This document shows, piece after piece, positions 10,225 through 18,465 of a stretch of 64,000 nucleotides of DNA; positions within the stretch are counted from its first letter, which is position 1, and every line of letters begins with the position of its first letter. The stretch is taken from NCBI GenBank assembly GCA_963748815.1, contig CAVVKJ010000008.1, positions 96,001 through 160,000 on the forward strand, given 5' to 3'. A program made the position numbers and the translations under genes. The notes beneath the pieces were generated by a model. That model was not told where the DNA came from. It saw only the letters and a program-made list of their open reading frames with translations, and did not search any database. Origin of the DNA: an uncultured Gemmatimonadales bacterium (GTDB lineage: Bacteria; Gemmatimonadota; Gemmatimonadetes; Gemmatimonadales; GWC2-71-9).

Positions 10225-10761
10225 TCAATACGCCGGCGGCGCCGACAGCGTGAGTCCCACCGAGCGCAGTTCGTGGTCCAGCAGCCAGCCCTTCGTCTCG
10301 AGTCCGCCGCCGTAGCCGACCAGCCCGCCGTCCTTCCCCACGACGCGGTGACAGGGGAGCAGGATGGCCAGGTGATTCGAGCCGTTCAACTGGCCCACGG
10401 CCCGGGGATGGATGCCCGTGACCGTGGCGATCTCCTCGTACGAGCGCGTCTCGCCGAACGGAATGGCGGTCAGCGCCCGCCACACCGCCGCCTGCGCGTC
10501 GCTGACGGTCAGGTACTCGGTGAGGTAGGCGGGATACGGGAAGGGGCGGGGGCGTCCGGCGAAATAGGCGGTGAGCCACGAGGTGGCCTGCCGGCAGGGG
10601 CCGGTGTCGATGACCGCCCCGGGGGCGTGCTCCTGCAGTCGTTCGGCCAGCCGCAGGCGTCCGGTCCGTTCGGCAAACTCGACGATCAGCGGGCCTTCGC
10701 GCGCCTCGAGGATGGTCAGGACGCCGACGGGTGACTGGTAGGATGTCCACTCAATGCGCAT
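10225..10761 (-). CDS. ogt: Methylated-DNA-protein-cysteine S-methyltransferase
   Basis: IPFGETRSY, PRAVG, LPCHRVV (active Cys) and GYGGG motifs. Confidence 0.93.
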   Translation of the reverse strand: MRIEWTSYQSPVGVLTILEAREGPLIVEFAERTGRLRLAERLQEHAPGAVIDTGPCRQATSWLTAYFAGRPRPFPYPAYLTEYLTVSDAQAAVWRALTAIPFGETRSYEEIATVTGIHPRAVGQLNGSNHLAILLPCHRVVGKDGGLVGYGGGLETKGWLLDHELRSVGLTLSAPPAY

Positions 10762-10874
10762 CGGGTTTCTCCCCCGCCCAATCTACCCGTGGCGGGGCGC
10801 GTTGGCCACGCGCCGGCGGTGGACGTTTTCCGCCACCGGTGTAACTTGAGCGACCCTTTGCACGGAGCAACCCG

Positions 10875-12845
10875 ATGCTGTTCGCCCTCGCCTTGATGCT
10901 GCAACAGGTGCCGACGCCGACGCCGGTCGCCACGGTCAGGATTCATCCTGCCGAGGCGGCCGTGACGGTCGGCGACACGCTCCGGCTCACCGCGCAGGCG
11001 TTCGACTCCGCCGGGCGCGAACTTTCGGAGGTGCGCGTCCGGTGGTTCCAGGCGGGGGGACAGTTCGAGGGGACGGTGGACAGCACCGGGCTTGCGACGG
11101 CGGGCGCCGTCGGCGCGTTGCGAGTGACGGCGCTCGTCTCCGCGCAGGGGGGCGGCCGGGCCAAGACGGCGTTCGCGGTCATCACCATCGTGCCGGGACC
11201 CGCGGCGGCCATCGCGCTGCAGCCGGCGCCGACCGGGCTCTACGTCGGGCAGAGTGTCGCCGTGCGCGCCGCCGTCACCTCCGCCGCCGGCGATGCGCGG
11301 CACGATCCCGTCACCTGGACCTCCGACCAGCCGGGCGTCGTGAGCGCGTCGAGCACCGGCATCCTGACTGCCGTGCGGCCGGGCCGCGCCACGGTCACGG
11401 CCCGCGCCGGACAGGCCGCCACCACCCTCCAGATCTCGGTGGCCGCCAACCCCGTCTCCAGCGTGGAGGTGAAGCCCGCCGTCGCGACGGTGCGCACCGG
11501 CGACGTTGTCCGGGTGACCTTCGAGGCCCGGGACCGCTCCGGCGCCGCGGTGGCGGGTGTCCTGCCGGAGTGGACGGTCCAGCCCGGCTCGGCGCTGATC
11601 GAGTCCGATGGCGGGTTCGTGGCGAACGCGCCGGGGGTGTACCGGGTCGTCGGGACCTTTGCGGGGCGCGCCGCCACGGCCACCGTGACCGTCGGGCCGC
11701 GCGACGTCGTGCGCCCCACCACGCTCGTCGGTCGCCTGCCGGTCAAGGGATTCGCGACGATGGAGTTCTGGCTCCATCCCGACGGCCGCCACGGCTACCT
11801 CTCCACCCTCGGTGACCGGGTGTACGCGATCGACCTGGCCGACCCGGCCGCCCCCGCCATCACCGATTCGGTGATGGTGGACGCCCGCGCCATCAACGAC
11901 ATCATGACCACCGAGGACGGCCGCTACGGCGTGCTGACCCGGGAGGGCGCCTCGAGCCGCAAGAACGGCATCGTCATCCTCTCGTTCGAGGACCCCGCCC
12001 ACCCGAAGGTGATCTCGGAGTTCACCGAGACCGTCACCGGCGGCGTGCACAGCACCTTCATCTACCGCGGCTACGTCTACCTGACCGACGACGCGACCGG
12101 CTCGATGCGTGTCATCGACATCCGCGACCCGATGACGCCGAAACAGGTGGCCCGCTGGGAGACGCCGGGGAGCGGCGCCGGACGGATGCTGCACGACATC
12201 GACGTCCAGGACGGCCTCGCCTACCTGAGCTACTGGAACGACGGCCTCATCATCCTCGATGTCGGCAACGGGATGCGCGGCGGCAGCCCGGACAACCCGC
12301 AGCTGGTGTCGCAATTCAAGTACGACCTGGAGTCGCTCTACCGCGACGTGGCCGCCGTCGGCGGCCCCGGCTTCATCCGCGGCACCCACACCGCCTGGCG
12401 GAGCGGCCGCTACGTCTTCGTCGGCGACGAGGTGTTCGCCGCCAAGCCGCAGGTGACCGCCGGCCCCAGCCTCCTGGGCCTCGGCCGCGCCTACGGTCGG
12501 CTGCATGTTCTCGACGTGTCCGACATTGCGCGCCCCCGCGAGGTGGCCTGGTACGAGCCGAAGGACGGCGGCACCCACAACGTCTGGGTGGCGGGCGACA
12601 CGCTCTACCTCGGCGACTACCAGGGCGGGTTGCGCGTGGTGGATGTCAGCGGAGAGCTGCGCGGTGACCTCCTGGCGCAGGACCGCGAAATCGCCCACGT
12701 CTACACCGGCGACGCCAAGGGGAACACCCCCAACGCCGCCATGGCGTGGGGGGCGATCTATCGCGACGGCAAGATCTATGTGCCCGACGTCTTCTCCGGA
12801 CTCTGGGTGGTCCAGGTGGAGCCGAAGAACGCGTTGACGCCCTAG
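10875..12845 (+). CDS. Secreted protein with Ig-like (Big_2) domains and an LVIVD-repeat beta-propeller
   Basis: Signal peptide; WTS.QPGVVS Ig motifs; repeated LRVVDVS/LIILDV...P blades. Confidence 0.85.
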   Translation: MLFALALMLQQVPTPTPVATVRIHPAEAAVTVGDTLRLTAQAFDSAGRELSEVRVRWFQAGGQFEGTVDSTGLATAGAVGALRVTALVSAQGGGRAKTAFAVITIVPGPAAAIALQPAPTGLYVGQSVAVRAAVTSAAGDARHDPVTWTSDQPGVVSASSTGILTAVRPGRATVTARAGQAATTLQISVAANPVSSVEVKPAVATVRTGDVVRVTFEARDRSGAAVAGVLPEWTVQPGSALIESDGGFVANAPGVYRVVGTFAGRAATATVTVGPRDVVRPTTLVGRLPVKGFATMEFWLHPDGRHGYLSTLGDRVYAIDLADPAAPAITDSVMVDARAINDIMTTEDGRYGVLTREGASSRKNGIVILSFEDPAHPKVISEFTETVTGGVHSTFIYRGYVYLTDDATGSMRVIDIRDPMTPKQVARWETPGSGAGRMLHDIDVQDGLAYLSYWNDGLIILDVGNGMRGGSPDNPQLVSQFKYDLESLYRDVAAVGGPGFIRGTHTAWRSGRYVFVGDEVFAAKPQVTAGPSLLGLGRAYGRLHVLDVSDIARPREVAWYEPKDGGTHNVWVAGDTLYLGDYQGGLRVVDVSGELRGDLLAQDREIAHVYTGDAKGNTPNAAMAWGAIYRDGKIYVPDVFSGLWVVQVEPKNALTP

Positions 12846-12897
12846 GGGCGGGCGTCCGGTGGCAGCGACGGGGACACCCCTCTATCTTTCCCTGTCT

Positions 12898-13509
12898 ATG
12901 ACTACAACTCAGAATCTCGTGGTACGAAACTTCAACGATCGCGCCGAGGGCCTCGCGCATTTCATGCTGCGGGCCGGAGCGGCGCCGCGATTCATTGCGA
13001 TCGACGACCAGGCCGGTTGCCCGATGGATACCGCCCTCGCCGCCCTCGAGTGGACCCGGGTGGTCGGCATCCTCCGGGATGACGACCTCCTGCACGCCGG
13101 CCGGCTGACCAGCGAAACGGCCGCCGCCGTCGTGGAGCGCAAGTCCGATCGGGGTCCGCAGTTCGTCTACCTCGGCCCGCGCCTCGACGCCCCCCCCATG
13201 GACGTCTTCGAAGGCGCGGTCCTGTACGACGAGCCGGGCGTCAAGGCGGTGGAGTTCAACCAGCGGGCGCACGCCCTCGCGCACTTCCTGCGGGCCACCT
13301 CCGGCGTCGGCGCACTGATGGCGCTCCTCGGCCGGCGCGCCCCCGAGCTGCGGCACCTGCGGCGGTGGCTCGGTCCCATCCTCCAGGAACTCGACGCGCC
13401 CCGCCCCCTCATGGCCGGATGGTTTGCCGCCTCGGCGGGCGGCTGCCTCTTCGCCCTTCCCGAGGGCGACGTCGTTTGCCGGTACATCGAAGTGGGCCTC
13501 GACCCGTGA
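12898..13509 (+). CDS. Hypothetical protein with an internal repeat
   Basis: Strong GC3 pattern; FNDRAEGLAHF and FNQRAHALAHF repeats. Confidence 0.75.
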   Translation: MTTTQNLVVRNFNDRAEGLAHFMLRAGAAPRFIAIDDQAGCPMDTALAALEWTRVVGILRDDDLLHAGRLTSETAAAVVERKSDRGPQFVYLGPRLDAPPMDVFEGAVLYDEPGVKAVEFNQRAHALAHFLRATSGVGALMALLGRRAPELRHLRRWLGPILQELDAPRPLMAGWFAASAGGCLFALPEGDVVCRYIEVGLDP

Positions 13510-14075
13510 GGCGCCTCCTGGTCCTCGCCCTCTGGGCCTGCGCGCTCGCCGCTCCCCTCGCGGCCCAGGTCGGCCGGGAACACTTCCCTGTGGCGGAGGA
13601 CACCGCGCTCGACGCCGCGCACGCCGTGCAGCAGTCGGCGTTCCTCGTGCTGCGCGACTCGACGGCGTCGATCAGCGCCGCCGGCGCCAAGCTGATGAGT
13701 GACCTGACGCCCACCAGCTCCGTGGTCTGGATGCGGGCGCGCGCCGGTGCGGTCGCCGCTGCCTGTGCCCGCTCCCAGGCCCCCCTCGCGCACGCGAGAA
13801 CGGTCACGGAGCAGGCGGCGTGGCCCAACAAGAACCAGAAGAAGGCCCAGTCCGACCTGCTCAAGGAGATGACGAGCTTCACGCGGGAGCTGACGAAGTG
13901 CCAGGAAGAGTGGACCGTCCTGGCCGCCGACACCAGCCAGACCACGTTGCGCGAAAAGAGCCCGCACGAGATGCAGAAGCTGAATGTCGAGTTGGACAAG
14001 TTCAACCGCTCCGCGCGGACGTACCTTCAGTACATCAGCATCAAACTCCCCCCGCCCGGCAAGGCAGCCCCCTGA
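13506..14075 (+). CDS. Secreted helical hypothetical protein
   Basis: GTG overlaps the upstream TGA; signal peptide RRLLVLALWACALAAPLAAQ. Confidence 0.75.
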   Translation: MRRLLVLALWACALAAPLAAQVGREHFPVAEDTALDAAHAVQQSAFLVLRDSTASISAAGAKLMSDLTPTSSVVWMRARAGAVAAACARSQAPLAHARTVTEQAAWPNKNQKKAQSDLLKEMTSFTRELTKCQEEWTVLAADTSQTTLREKSPHEMQKLNVELDKFNRSARTYLQYISIKLPPPGKAAP

Positions 14076-14081
14076 GATCGC

Positions 14082-14108
14082 CCCCATTCCCTCAACCAGG
14101 GGATGGGG
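14082..14108 (+). terminator. Probable terminator hairpin
   Basis: CCCCATTCCCT-CAACC-AGGGGATGGGG followed by ATTTGT, just after a stop codon. Confidence 0.55.
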
Positions 14109-14111
14109 ATT

Positions 14112-14195
14112 TGTGGATACACATTTCCACATTGGGTGGACAAGCCTGTTACAGGGCTGTCCAGCATCGGTTTATGCGTCCACATTCACCCCACA
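14112..14195. promoter_or_regulatory. Cluster of DnaA-box-like nonamers
   Basis: TGTGGATAC 14112, ATTTCCACA 14123, GGTGGACAA 14135, GCGTCCACA 14176, CACCCCACA 14187, compared with consensus TTATCCACA. Confidence 0.45.
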
Positions 14196-14227
14196 TGAAA
14201 TCGCGTAACCCGAATAAATACAGGCAC

Positions 14228-14255
14228 TTGCGAGATTTTCACCGCGCCCTAGCTT
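14228..14255 (+). promoter_or_regulatory. Sigma70-like promoter facing an ORF-free region
   Basis: TTGCGA-N16-TAGCTT. Confidence 0.55.
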
Positions 14256-14259
14256 AGGG

Positions 14260-14619
14260 GAGCATCTGGACAGGCTGGACTGGCGCTCTCAGGGCGCCCG
14301 GATGGCCGATTCAGGTGAGTTCGGACCGGAGGAGCAGGGGAGGGGACCGATGCTGTAATGGCGCGGTTGCCGATGAGCCTGGACCAAGCCGGCCGAACGG
14401 GTGGAGCCAGTCGCGCGCTCTGCCCACCCCGATCTGGCGCCTCGGGGTGCCGTGCGAAGGGACGGTCCGCGACCCGACCCGACTCGCAGCGCTCGCAACG
14501 ACGACCTCGGCCGGCCACTGCGCTGGCCGGGGCCATGACCGAAGGGGCTCGGCCCCGACGGGTCATTGTGTGAAGCGGCCGCCCGGTGAAGAACCGGGCG
14601 GCCGCTTCTGCTTTGCTTT
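14260..14619 (+). ncRNA. Candidate novel structured ncRNA (about 350 nt)
   Basis: Lies between a promoter and a terminator with no credible ORF; many nested helices and loop-loop complementarity (see findings). Confidence 0.65.
14572..14619 (+). terminator. Intrinsic terminator
   Basis: 16-bp perfect stem GAAGCGGCCGCCCGGT-GAAGA-ACCGGGCGGCCGCTTC followed by TGCTTTGCTTT. Confidence 0.9.
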
Positions 14620-14632
14620 CACGACCTCTCCC

Positions 14633-15610
14633 TCACCCGCCCCAGTCGCTCCGGCCGCGGTAAGCACGGCGGCGGTCGAGTTGCCAGAGGGTCCGGGCGC
14701 TCACCAGGCTCTCTCCCTCGAAATTTCCCTCGTCCGCCAGGGCATCGGCCATGCTCGCCGTCTTGGCGCTCGCGTTGTCGGCGTAGTGCAGCACCTCGGC
14801 CTCGAGCGTCATCGGCGCCACGGCGGCCCCGTACTCCAGCCGGCCGTGATGGGACAGCACGAGGTGCTGCAGGATGGCGAGTTCCTGATCGGTGCACGGC
14901 ATCGGGTGGGCCGCACGCACCGCGCGGTCGAGCATGAGCGCGCCGAGGACGACGTGGCCGTGCAGCGTGCCAGCCTCCGACATCGTGAACAGCCCCCCCT
15001 CCCAGCCGTAGGACTCGAGCTTGCCGATGTCGTGCAGCAGGACGCCGGCCAGGACGAGGTCCTGCTCGGCGCGGCAGACCCGCGCGATGGCCCGGGCGAT
15101 GGTGGCGACCTCGGCGGTGTGCTTGAGGAGTCCACCCAGCACGGCGTGGTGCCCGGCGAGGCTGGCGGGACAGGCCTCGTACCGCAGCCGAAAATCGTCG
15201 TCGGCATAGAAGAGATCGAGCGTGGCGGCCAACCGCGGCCGGACGATTTCGGCGCGCCACCCGTCGAGCGTCTTCCAGTAGGGCGCGGGGTCGCCGATGG
15301 AGGGCACCAGTTGGCCCAGATCGACCGCCCCCTTCGGCAGCGGGCGAAGCGACGTGACCTTCAGTTGCCGATGCCCGCGGTAGAGCGCGATTTCGCCGAT
15401 GACCTGCGCCACGTCGCCGGGCGCCAGCCCCGCGATCTTCGGCTGGTCCTCCTGCCAGAACGGGGCGCTCGGCAGCCGGCCACTCGCGTTGCCGAAGGTG
15501 AGGATGGTATGCGGGGTGTCGCCCCCCCGGCGCTCGACCTCCAGGATCAGCAGCGGATCCTGGATGCGCTGGCCGGTGGACAGGCCCGGCAGGTCGGTGG
15601 GGTGGCTCAT
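14633..15610 (-). CDS. yhaM: YhaM/Cbf1-family 3'-5' exoribonuclease (OB fold + HD domain)
   Basis: N-terminal OB fold; HHAVLGGLLKHT, LLHDIGK, GHV, SHHG and YAD HD motifs. Confidence 0.85.
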   Translation of the reverse strand: MSHPTDLPGLSTGQRIQDPLLILEVERRGGDTPHTILTFGNASGRLPSAPFWQEDQPKIAGLAPGDVAQVIGEIALYRGHRQLKVTSLRPLPKGAVDLGQLVPSIGDPAPYWKTLDGWRAEIVRPRLAATLDLFYADDDFRLRYEACPASLAGHHAVLGGLLKHTAEVATIARAIARVCRAEQDLVLAGVLLHDIGKLESYGWEGGLFTMSEAGTLHGHVVLGALMLDRAVRAAHPMPCTDQELAILQHLVLSHHGRLEYGAAVAPMTLEAEVLHYADNASAKTASMADALADEGNFEGESLVSARTLWQLDRRRAYRGRSDWGG

Positions 15611-15712
15611 CAGGTCGGCTCGGTCCGGGAGAAGGGAACGGAGCAAAGGTAACAGCCTCCGCCAGATCGGAGCTCCTTGCCTCGGTTCGTGTCGCGGATA
15701 CCTTCTCCCCCC

Positions 15713-16114
15713 ATGGACGCCCTCCCCCTGCTCCTCCTGACGATGGACCCCGACGGCGCCCCACGCCTCGCCGCCGCCCTGGTGGCCGCCGGACATCAGG
15801 TCATCCCCGCCAGAACCGGCGAGGCGGCGGCGGCGGCGCTCGGCGTGCCCGGGCTCGGCGGCGTGGTCGTGGACCTCGCGCTGCCCGGACTCGATCTGGC
15901 CGCCCTCCGCCGTTCACTCACGCCGGCCAGCCCGGTTCCTCCCGACTCGCTCGCGGACGCCGAGCGGCGACACATTGCCCTGGCGCTGGGCCACACCAGG
16001 GGGAACAAGCGCCAGGCGGCGCTGCTGCTCGGCATTTCGCGCTCCACGCTGCTGCACAAGGTCCGGCGCTATGGCCTCGAGGCGGTCGCGGTTCGGGGAC
16101 GATCGGGCGGGTAG
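15713..16114 (+). CDS. Degenerate receiver-like domain fused to a Fis-type HTH
   Basis: VVDLALPGLD receiver remnant; SLADAERRHIALALGHTRGNKRQAALLLGISRSTLLHKVRRYGL HTH_8 motif. Confidence 0.8.
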   Translation: MDALPLLLLTMDPDGAPRLAAALVAAGHQVIPARTGEAAAAALGVPGLGGVVVDLALPGLDLAALRRSLTPASPVPPDSLADAERRHIALALGHTRGNKRQAALLLGISRSTLLHKVRRYGLEAVAVRGRSGG

Positions 16115-16234
16115 GGGGCTGGCCCGGAGTCGGGAGGACCTCCGGACCCGGCCTCCGCCGGTGCCGTCTTCCGGCGTCGACCGTGCTGAAGCTCTCCAGG
16201 CCCCCGCTCCACTCCGCTCACCGCTCCGCTTCGC

Positions 16235-16666
16235 TCATCGCTCGATCCGCACCCGCCCGAGACGGGAGATGACCACCCGTCGCATCGCCGATCCCTTGGT
16301 GAGGGTCCACGACGCGTTGGAAAACCCCGCGGTGACACCCGTGGGGGAAAAGGTCAGGGTGCGCGCCGGACCGCTCATGGCAACGGCGAAATGGCCTGGG
16401 CCGGGCATGCTCCACCGCCGCGCCGGCCCGCCCGGTTCGATCGCGTCCATGGTGAGGGAGTCCGCCGCGATATGCAGCACCGTGATCCGTGATTCAACGA
16501 CCGCGGCGACCCGCGCCCGCGCGTGCGCCCCGGCGATTTCCCCGGCGGCATGTTCGACCGCCAGGGTGTCGAGCGGTTCGGTGAGCCGGGGCGCGGCGAT
16601 GCCCAGCACCAGCGCCACGAGAGCGATGGCAACGAGGAGTTCGGGGAGGGTGGCGCCGCGGTTCAT
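16235..16666 (-). CDS. GspH/FimT-like pseudopilin
   Basis: MNRG|ATLPELLVAIALVALVLGIAAP type IV prepilin cleavage motif; ARARVAAV and ISRLGRVR. Confidence 0.8.
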   Translation of the reverse strand: MNRGATLPELLVAIALVALVLGIAAPRLTEPLDTLAVEHAAGEIAGAHARARVAAVVESRITVLHIAADSLTMDAIEPGGPARRWSMPGPGHFAVAMSGPARTLTFSPTGVTAGFSNASWTLTKGSAMRRVVISRLGRVRIER

Positions 16667-16806
16667 GGGACACGATAGGTTCCCCCCGGCGGCGTGCGTC
16701 ATCCTGGGGCGGCCAACGTCATCCTTCCCGCGCCGGCGGGCCTTGCTCCCGCCCTGCTCCGGGGGCATACTGCGAGTCCGCTCTCACCCCCCAAGGATCG
16801 GCCCGT

Positions 16807-17211
16807 ATGACACCACGCGTGCTCGTCGTGGACGATGAGCCTGCCATCCGCCATGCGGTGGGTCGGCTCTTCCGACGCGAGGGGTGGGAGGTCGTCACCG
16901 CGGCTACGGCGGGCGAGGCGCTCGCGGAGCTGGAAACGGCGGCGGCGCACGCGGTGCTTCTGGATTATCATCTACCCGGCATGTCGGGCGCGGCGCTCGG
17001 CGCCGAGATCGTGGCGCGCTGGCCCGCGCTCACCGGGCGGCTGGTCTTCGTGAGCGGGGATCCGCACCTGAGTGCCGACGCCTTCCCGGCGGCCTGCCGC
17101 GGGGCGCGGCTGATTCCAAAGCCGTTCGACCTCCTCGAGCTCGCGGCGGCGGTGCGGGAAATGCTCGCCGCGCCAGGCGCCCCTACAAATTCCTCCGGGA
17201 ACTCTGCATGA
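16807..17211 (+). CDS. Single-domain response regulator
   Basis: VLVVDDE, LLDYHLPG, VSG and PKPF receiver motifs. Confidence 0.9.
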   Translation: MTPRVLVVDDEPAIRHAVGRLFRREGWEVVTAATAGEALAELETAAAHAVLLDYHLPGMSGAALGAEIVARWPALTGRLVFVSGDPHLSADAFPAACRGARLIPKPFDLLELAAAVREMLAAPGAPTNSSGNSA

Positions 17212-17864
17212 CACTTCCTTCCGGGCTGGCCTCGCTGGCGGGCGCCGACCCGCTGGTGGCCCTCCGTGCCTATCGTGCGCTGGCTCCCTGGAGCCTGCGG
17301 GATCTCGCGTCGCTGGCCGGCGCCTTGCTGGAGGCGTCGAACATCGTCCCGGTCAATGCGGCGGCGCGCGCCCTGCCGGGGGAGCGGACGATCCGGTTCT
17401 ACGTGGCCCGCGGCCTGGTGAGCCCGCCGGAGGGGCGGGGCACGGCGGCCACCTACGGCTACCGCCACTTGCTGCAGGTGCTCGTGATCAAGTTGCGGCA
17501 GATGGAAGGCGCGACGCTCGATTCGCTCGGCAAGGAACTGGCGGAGCTGGCCGGCGACATGATGGAGCGGCGGGTCGCGAGCGCGCTCGGACCGGCGCTC
17601 CCGCCGCCGGAGCGGGTGCTCGCCGCGCCGGGAACGCACGAACCGCGGGGGCGCGTGGCGCGCGCCATGCAGTCGGCGTTGCCGGTACCCGGGCAGCCCC
17701 CGCGACCCACGACCTGCCGGCGGCTGCCGTGCGGGCCGGGGGTGGAGCTCCTCCTCGACGAGCGGCATCCCGCCCTCCAGGTACCGGGGGCCGAAGGGGC
17801 CCTGGCCCGGGACATCGCGCGGCTGCTCGAACAGGCGGGAACCGGCGCGCCGACCACGCCTTGA
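17208..17864 (+). CDS. MerR-family HTH regulator
   Basis: ERTIRFYVARGLVSPPEGRG...YGYRHLLQVLVIK; ATGA overlap with the upstream gene. Confidence 0.85.
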   Translation: MTLPSGLASLAGADPLVALRAYRALAPWSLRDLASLAGALLEASNIVPVNAAARALPGERTIRFYVARGLVSPPEGRGTAATYGYRHLLQVLVIKLRQMEGATLDSLGKELAELAGDMMERRVASALGPALPPPERVLAAPGTHEPRGRVARAMQSALPVPGQPPRPTTCRRLPCGPGVELLLDERHPALQVPGAEGALARDIARLLEQAGTGAPTTP

Positions 17865-17892
17865 GTCCGTTTCTTCCTCCCCGGAGTCTGGC

Positions 17893-18465
17893 ATGACGAC
17901 GATTCTCTTCTTCGTGGTACTCGCGGCGATCCTCCTGTGGGGAGTCGGCGCGTACAACGCCCTCATCAGCCTGAAGAACCAGGTGCAGAACGCCTGGACG
18001 CAGATCGACGTGCAGCTCAAGCGGCGGCACGACCTGATTCCCAACCTGGTGAACACGGTCAAGGGGGCGATGGACTACGAGCGCGGCACGATGGAGGCCG
18101 TCATCAACGCGCGGGCCAAGGCGATGGGCGCGCAGGGCGTGAAGGCCACCGCCGAGGCCGAGGGGCAGCTGACGCAGGCGCTCGGCAAGCTCTTCGCGCT
18201 GATGGAGAACTATCCCGACCTCAAGGCCACCGCCAACGTGCTCCAGCTCCAGGAGGAGTTGACCAGCACAGAAAACCGGATCGGGTTCTCGCGGCAGCAC
18301 TACAACGACGTCGCGACCGAGTACAACACGAAGCAGCAGCAGTTCCCCGTCAACCTCGTGGCGGGCATCGCGAAGGCGACCCCGGCGGATCTCTGGGTCA
18401 TTGCGGATGACAGGGAGCGCGCCGTGCCGACGGTCGACCTGTCCACCCGTCCTCCGGGCGCGTGA
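17893..18465 (+). CDS. lemA: LemA family protein
   Basis: AWTQIDVQLKRRHDLIPNLV, ENYPDLKA and LQEELTSTENRI motifs. Confidence 0.96.
   Translation: MTTILFFVVLAAILLWGVGAYNALISLKNQVQNAWTQIDVQLKRRHDLIPNLVNTVKGAMDYERGTMEAVINARAKAMGAQGVKATAEAEGQLTQALGKLFALMENYPDLKATANVLQLQEELTSTENRIGFSRQHYNDVATEYNTKQQQFPVNLVAGIAKATPADLWVIADDRERAVPTVDLSTRPPGA

Noticed and set aside
14311..14340. SRP RNA, from partial resemblance of TCAGG...CCGGAGGAGCAG to the helix-8 motif
   Set aside because: The CAGGTCCGGAAGGAAGCAGC geometry and the GNRA-capped hairpin are not present.
14249..14573. Small ORFs 14249-14566(-), 14289-14498(-) and 14358-14573(+)
   Set aside because: No coding-type GC3 bias and no recognisable protein features; the region is better explained as structured RNA.
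14257..14619. tmRNA or RNase P RNA (similar length, GGGG start)
   Set aside because: No T-arm/CCA 3' end, no tag ORF, and no GAGGAAAGTCC P4 signature on either strand.
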